A stretch of DNA of 64,000 nt. Origin: a bacterium (GTDB lineage: Bacteria > SZUA-182 > DTGQ01 > JAFGSM01). Location: positions 22,874-86,873 of the forward strand of contig JBLIRO010000006.1 in NCBI GenBank assembly GCA_049472335.1, written 5' to 3'. This document shows positions 60,601 through 64,000 of the stretch, in pieces. The translations under genes and the position numbers were made by a program. Under the pieces are notes generated by a model that searched no databases, had not been told where the DNA came from, and saw nothing but the letters and a program-made list of their open reading frames with translations. Numbering within the stretch: position 1 is the first letter of the stretch; the number at the start of each line of letters is the position of its first letter.

Positions 60601-62233
60601 CAATCTCCTGTACGATACCCTTAAGGTCTGGGGTGCGAGGGTTCTTCATAGAATCATTGCTCAAAGGCATCAATGTCTGCATACTATCCGACAGGTCAAG
60701 CAGTATCAAAATGGCTGGGTCTACAGTATCTTTCACATAGACAGGCATACGGCCGCATGGTGCAAATGCAGTTTTATCCAGGGGCTTAACACCGACTCTG
60801 ATATCAATCTCAAGGGGGCTGTTAGGGGCAAAAGGATCGGTAACCTTTATAGTCCCCTCATGGTCCCCAACATCCAGTGATGCAATGTCATAATCCAATG
60901 TAATTATAACGGAATCCCCTGTGGTCAGACGTCCGCTTTTAGAAGAACATGAAAACCAGTCCCTATCACATGAAACTGCGTATCTCAGTGTATCAGAACC
61001 GGTATTGTTTATAATAAATCTGTCAGACTTTATATCATCACCCTCATAGCAGATTTTTTCCAATGTATACTTGTCTACTGTGATATAAGAGGTATTCGCC
61101 TCAGTATATTCTATATGGAGCACCGGGCCTGCCGTGGATTTTCCGTCATAGGACTTAGCAATCCTCCGCCCTGAGCCTCTGATGACAAAAGCCATTGCAT
61201 TCTTTCTTGTCCATCCCGATCTGCCAACAATCTCCTGAACGATGGAGCTGAGATCCGGTGTTTTATGTATTTCGCCGACTCTGTCCCATGGAAGGATATG
61301 GTCCCAGCAGACAGTGCTATAAGTAAGGGTCCTATTGGTGATATTTCCCATTGAATTATTGAATGCCGGAGCGTCATCACCGGCTTCACCTGTTATTATC
61401 ATACTCGTTTTTTCTGATCCGGTATTACTTGATTCGAATGACAGATAGGCTGTTGTGATCAAAGCCCCGCGCGGCACGTCTACATGCTGAAAACGGATAC
61501 CCGCTGCCGATTGCTCAGGGTCGGTGAAAACGAGATTCAGGTCTTCATCATAAAGCGAAACTCTTTCGCCGGCATGTTCTTCCGCATCGTCAACGGACTG
61601 GCAAACCCTTACATCTATTGAGCCGGATTGATATTCAACGTGGAGCAGGGGAGCGGCATTTTCTCTTCCGTCAAAAGCTATAACACTCCTCTTCCCTGAA
61701 CCGGTGATTATAAAAACCATTGCATTTCCGGCCGACCAACCCGGACGGTCGACAATCTCCTGTAAAATGGCACTCAGATCCGAGGTCTGCTGTTTTTGGC
61801 CGATCGTGTCCCATGGGTATATATTATTCCAAAAAACAGAAGCGGTTGTAGCAGGTCTTTTTGAAATATCTTTCGTAAGATGGCTGAAAGGATGCGCATT
61901 GTCAACAGCCTCTCCTCTGAAGATCAAATTGGTTGGCCTATTACCTTTATTACCCGTTTCAAACACAATATAGGCGTTAGTGATCTTCACTGCCCTGGGA
62001 ACTTTCACATTCTGAAAACGTATACCGACAATCTGTTCAGTATCAGAACAAGCCATATCCAGATATGGGCTGCCCAGGTACACACTACCGTCACTCAACC
62101 TTTCCACAGCATCATCAATGGAGGAAGCAACCCTGATCTCGACTGATGCAGGCCATGCCGAAACCTCTGGGAATACAATCATGTTCAGGGTTACCATACT
62201 ACATATTAAAAAAATATATAGTTTTGTTCTCAT
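57695..62233 (-). CDS. pilY1: PilY1/PilC-like adhesin 3 with three copies of a ~175-aa repeat, BACON-like linker, vWA and beta-propeller
   Basis: Signal peptide; repeats RV..S.DDA.E...GIRF...DL..I.QEIV.R.GW; ILLDLSDSM MIDAS; YVGANDGALH, DLNADYLGDRIYVG, YFGTGRY, SWRD. Confidence 0.88.
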   Translation of the reverse strand: MRTKLYIFLICSMVTLNMIVFPEVSAWPASVEIRVASSIDDAVERLSDGSVYLGSPYLDMACSDTEQIVGIRFQNVKVPRAVKITNAYIVFETGNKGNRPTNLIFRGEAVDNAHPFSHLTKDISKRPATTASVFWNNIYPWDTIGQKQQTSDLSAILQEIVDRPGWSAGNAMVFIITGSGKRSVIAFDGRENAAPLLHVEYQSGSIDVRVCQSVDDAEEHAGERVSLYDEDLNLVFTDPEQSAAGIRFQHVDVPRGALITTAYLSFESSNTGSEKTSMIITGEAGDDAPAFNNSMGNITNRTLTYSTVCWDHILPWDRVGEIHKTPDLSSIVQEIVGRSGWTRKNAMAFVIRGSGRRIAKSYDGKSTAGPVLHIEYTEANTSYITVDKYTLEKICYEGDDIKSDRFIINNTGSDTLRYAVSCDRDWFSCSSKSGRLTTGDSVIITLDYDIASLDVGDHEGTIKVTDPFAPNSPLEIDIRVGVKPLDKTAFAPCGRMPVYVKDTVDPAILILLDLSDSMQTLMPLSNDSMKNPRTPDLKGIVQEIVDRPGWKKGNAMAFIITGSGHRTAESYDGAPGSAPLLHLEYTWSGKPREADIRVSQSSDDAEEGQAGNMFLAGTDLELLNDMGAEQTIGIRFKDVPIPRNARITNAFLEFVPDEGQGGPTSLMIRGEALDNPPAFSQSARNISGRSLTNAYVNWNNLPEWTVPPIQSRIEIAKSVINTLITEKDIAWGYGTWCSRSSAGYTQDIDYTKILVGCEANDHDHQKRLRESIDQTSGNAFAGTPFANSLIAAKEYFLGQRKDKDGTGKSFMDLPCQPKFLISITDGLGSMGSTDTIIRQNVKGLCDIGVTPIAVDFGIDDATQISIIAQISNERGRSSKDLFVIHKEINGTGQPFLVYNKDDLIENLIKISAKIKSKTFFGLSPVLAASADYGDIFAITEFDSTDWSGDLAAYTYDNEGMEWSSLLWKASESIPVIRKVFTIDPSDSMRIISYTDSVLDNDNWLCKNIGDIIGSTPVIVGNPPFYYPFDGYERWKKDVTRDPLVYVGANDGALHTFLLSNGSEQWAFFPKSSHAKLNNANNPTFDQCSNDYCHQYYINGSPQVADIFTGGSWMTILVCGLREGGESYFALDVTHGKPFGETKGTRYLWEFTDSELGLSFSEPSIERIKNGTGTEWGAFFGSGYDTADQTDKEAYIYGIVAHNKAPLWHNGSNDINRIKMSPTDLKDDALSSPLIADLNADYLGDRIYVGNLYGTMYRVKNIGKGEHPKISKLFHFGHTSHINPIRAKAAYAYAVDAGSIWVYFGTGRYESQSDRVSGTQQYFFGLKEKIDDPNTYSLNNFARLYIKKMEYMDTETHETQYVKIIEGENDLKKSWALLLEASPVLKVSERVIVQPLVVAGKVFFSTFIPDRNICSGKGETWLYALEYETGLPPVTPVFDLNKDGVCNDKDMITDEQGKKHNIAGIYVGTGPGSKPVFHKDELFLTTTDKNLVALKVNLPESKAVVTSWRDCTI

Positions 62234-62252
62234 CCTATGTCCCCTTTGTTAA

Positions 62253-62290
62253 AATGCAAATTGCAAATTGCAAAATGAAAAATGCAAATT
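62253..62290 (+). repeat. Heptamer array, inverted copy of 57550-57587
   Basis: AATGCAAATTGCAAATTGCAAAATGAAAAATGCAAATT matches the reverse complement of 57550-57587 at 36/38. Confidence 0.75.
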
Positions 62291-62647
62291 AATGTAACCT
62301 TCGTCTCAGGTTAAAATGTAAATCAAAAAATAAAAATTACAAAATTTAAACCAGAAAATGCATCTAAAAATCAGCAGACGTGCATGAAATATGTGGAGAA
62401 TGAAGAATATGCCCCTCTCAGGCAGACATAACATCCGCCAAAAGAGGAGTAAAAAAATGAAACAAGAACATAATAAAAAATCTAATCAGGCAAATCAAGT
62501 AGATATTGAATTCATTCAAAAAATCATAACCTTATGCGTGTATAGCCAGTTTCATGGCAAAATTTTCAGATAAGATCTTTTTTTAGCTTGATTGAGAGGA
62601 ACAGACGGATAACTGAGAAGCCAAACAAAGGTTGTTTTTTATAACCC

Positions 62648-62675
62648 TTGACATCCATCTAATGGTATATTTAAT
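62648..62675 (+). promoter_or_regulatory. Putative TA promoter
   Basis: TTGACA-16 bp-TTTAAT with a CCAT-CTA-ATGG palindrome in the spacer. Confidence 0.5.
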
Positions 62676-62715
62676 ATGCAAGATATTTAGTCAATATCAA
62701 GGAGGCTATATATTT

Positions 62716-62976
62716 ATGGCTACCCAAAAAATCTCTATCACAGTTGAGCCTCTCTTTCTCAAAAGGTTGGACCAATAGGCCAAAAAAATGGGCAAATCAA
62801 GGAGCCGCTTTATTTTGGAAGAAATTGATAAAAGATTAAGAAAACTTGAGGATGAGGAGATCACCCGAATATACAATGAAGCGTATAGTGATCCGGAGAT
62901 AATAGATCAAGACAGGGAAATTGCTGAGGAAATGCTTGATATTAGCGCTATCCATGATGAGGAAGAAAAATGGTAA
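62716..62976 (+). pseudogene. Ribbon-helix-helix antitoxin interrupted by an in-frame TAG (62776-62778)
   Basis: GGAGG RBS, then MATQKISITVEPLFLKRLDQ*AKKMGKSRSRFILEE in frame with ORF 62788-62976; acidic C-terminus overlaps the toxin start. Confidence 0.8.
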
Positions 62977-63299
62977 TCTCCCAGGGAGATGTTTTTTGGG
63001 CCAGACTTTCACGGTCAGCAGGGTCTGAACCAGAAAATAAAAGACCAGTAGTAATAGTACAGCGAGATTCTATTAACCGAAGCCGATTCAATACAATTGT
63101 AGTTATTCCTCTGACTAAACGGACAAGACATGCTCATATCCCCGGAAATGTCTTACTCCAGAAAGGCGAAGCAAACCTTCCCATATCAAGCCTGGCAAGA
63201 GGTACCCACATTATGGTAATTGATAAAAGCCATCTGATCGAAAAGATTGGCACCCTTCCTAAAGATAGAATGAATAAAATCCTCAATAATATTATCTGA
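62970..63299 (+). CDS. mazF: PemK/MazF-family mRNA interferase toxin
   Basis: QGDVFWA, GSEP..KRPVVIVQ.D.IN, VVIPLT, GNVLL, LIEKIGTL. Confidence 0.92.
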   Translation: MVISQGDVFWARLSRSAGSEPENKRPVVIVQRDSINRSRFNTIVVIPLTKRTRHAHIPGNVLLQKGEANLPISSLARGTHIMVIDKSHLIEKIGTLPKDRMNKILNNII

Positions 63300-63400
63300 G
63301 TATTAGGACGTTAAATCTCCTGGCCCTCTTAAAAAATCTATCCTGTAGGGTCAAATCTAAAACACAATCCCTTTAATTACTCAAATATCATAATGAGCTT

Positions 63401-63730
63401 CTATTTTTCAAAAACTTCAATAATATCTTTTAATGTTTTTTCATCAAGACGCTGCGATATAATTTCTGCCGCTTGCTCAGCCTGCGGGAAATCAAGCTCT
63501 TTTTCCAGTGCATAATTCACAAGTTTTTTCTTTATTTCCTGGCGCTTTAATGCATTTGCCTGAGCTCCCAGTTTAAACCATTCCTTTATCTCAGGAAGCA
63601 TAAGTCTTATCCCCTGATATATAAGGATTGCTATAAGGCTCTCCCATCCAACAAATTTTTCCTTGGTCTCCTCATCTGCTGAAATTGCACAGTCTTTGAT
63701 AAATAAATCTATGTTTTTGGTTTTATTCAT
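63401..63730 (-). CDS. Hypothetical protein, translationally coupled to the upstream TPR gene
   Basis: 109-aa ORF with TAATG-type overlap and one short hydrophobic segment. Confidence 0.65.
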   Translation of the reverse strand: MNKTKNIDLFIKDCAISADEETKEKFVGWESLIAILIYQGIRLMLPEIKEWFKLGAQANALKRQEIKKKLVNYALEKELDFPQAEQAAEIISQRLDEKTLKDIIEVFEK

Positions 63731-64000
63731 TATTCATTCCCTTTTTTGTCCTTTATCATTTGAAGATTCTTTTTCACGAATTTAGTCTTCGGATGATCAT
63801 CTCCATAAACTTCTGATAAAATAATCAACGCCTTCTCAAAATACTCCATGGCCATTTGGGCTTCCCCTAGAGTGCTATAGGATGAACCGAGATTGTTGCA
63901 ATCTCTGGCCACATTGCGATGCTTATCTCCAAAAACCTTTAGATCTATGCCAAGCGCCTTCTCATAATACTCTATGGCCTTTTGGGCTTCACCTAGATAG
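63730..64000 (-). CDS. C-terminal end of a TPR (42-aa, kinesin light chain-type) repeat protein, 5'-truncated by the window
   Basis: LGEAQKAIEYYEKAL...FGDKH.NVA..CNNLG...YGDDHP; 126-bp DNA periodicity. Confidence 0.85.
   Translation of the reverse strand, partial: YLGEAQKAIEYYEKALGIDLKVFGDKHRNVARDCNNLGSSYSTLGEAQMAMEYFEKALIILSEVYGDDHPKTKFVKKNLQMIKDKKGNE

Noticed and set aside
62291..62640. Riboswitch (c-di-GMP/GEMM) or sigma54 promoter upstream of the pilus locus
   Set aside because: No GEMM core or correctly spaced GG-N10-GC consensus found by eye; a covariance-model scan would be needed to exclude it fully

Overview
Bacterial chromosomal segment of about 40% GC (estimated by eye), deltaproteobacterial/Nitrospirota-like in gene content; the taxon cannot be fixed from sequence alone. 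1-10.5 kb is a housekeeping block (rplM, rpsI, argJ, rpsB-tsf-pyrH-frr, tgt-yajC-secD-secF), with a HAMP membrane protein and a tetraheme cytochrome c inserted between rplM and rpsI. 10.7-39 kb holds two paralogous secreted cadherin/Ig-like proteins (one interrupted by a single in-frame TGA), asnB, an atypical amino-sugar cluster (GlmU-like, glmM, 1228-aa GlmS-like), a Phd-VapC module, an orphan PilY1-like adhesin, and carA/carB split by a TMTC-like GT-C/TPR gene and a Tat sulfatase-like gene. 39-62 kb is a minus-strand type IV pilus locus (pilY1, fimT/U, pilV, pilW, pilX, pilY1, Ig protein, pilMNOPQ, 1913-aa Big-1/beta-propeller lipoprotein). The window ends with a damaged RHH-MazF module and a partial TPR gene. 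The most interesting signals are in the exported proteins: circularly permuted domains inserted in frame into two PilY1 adhesins, a three-level nested (Russian-doll) repeat in the giant lipoprotein, and strong enrichment of Asp-Pro-Asn near a candidate protein glycosyltransferase. Several families of short intergenic inverted repeats are also present. No rRNA, tRNA, CRISPR, integrase, transposase or reverse transcriptase was seen.
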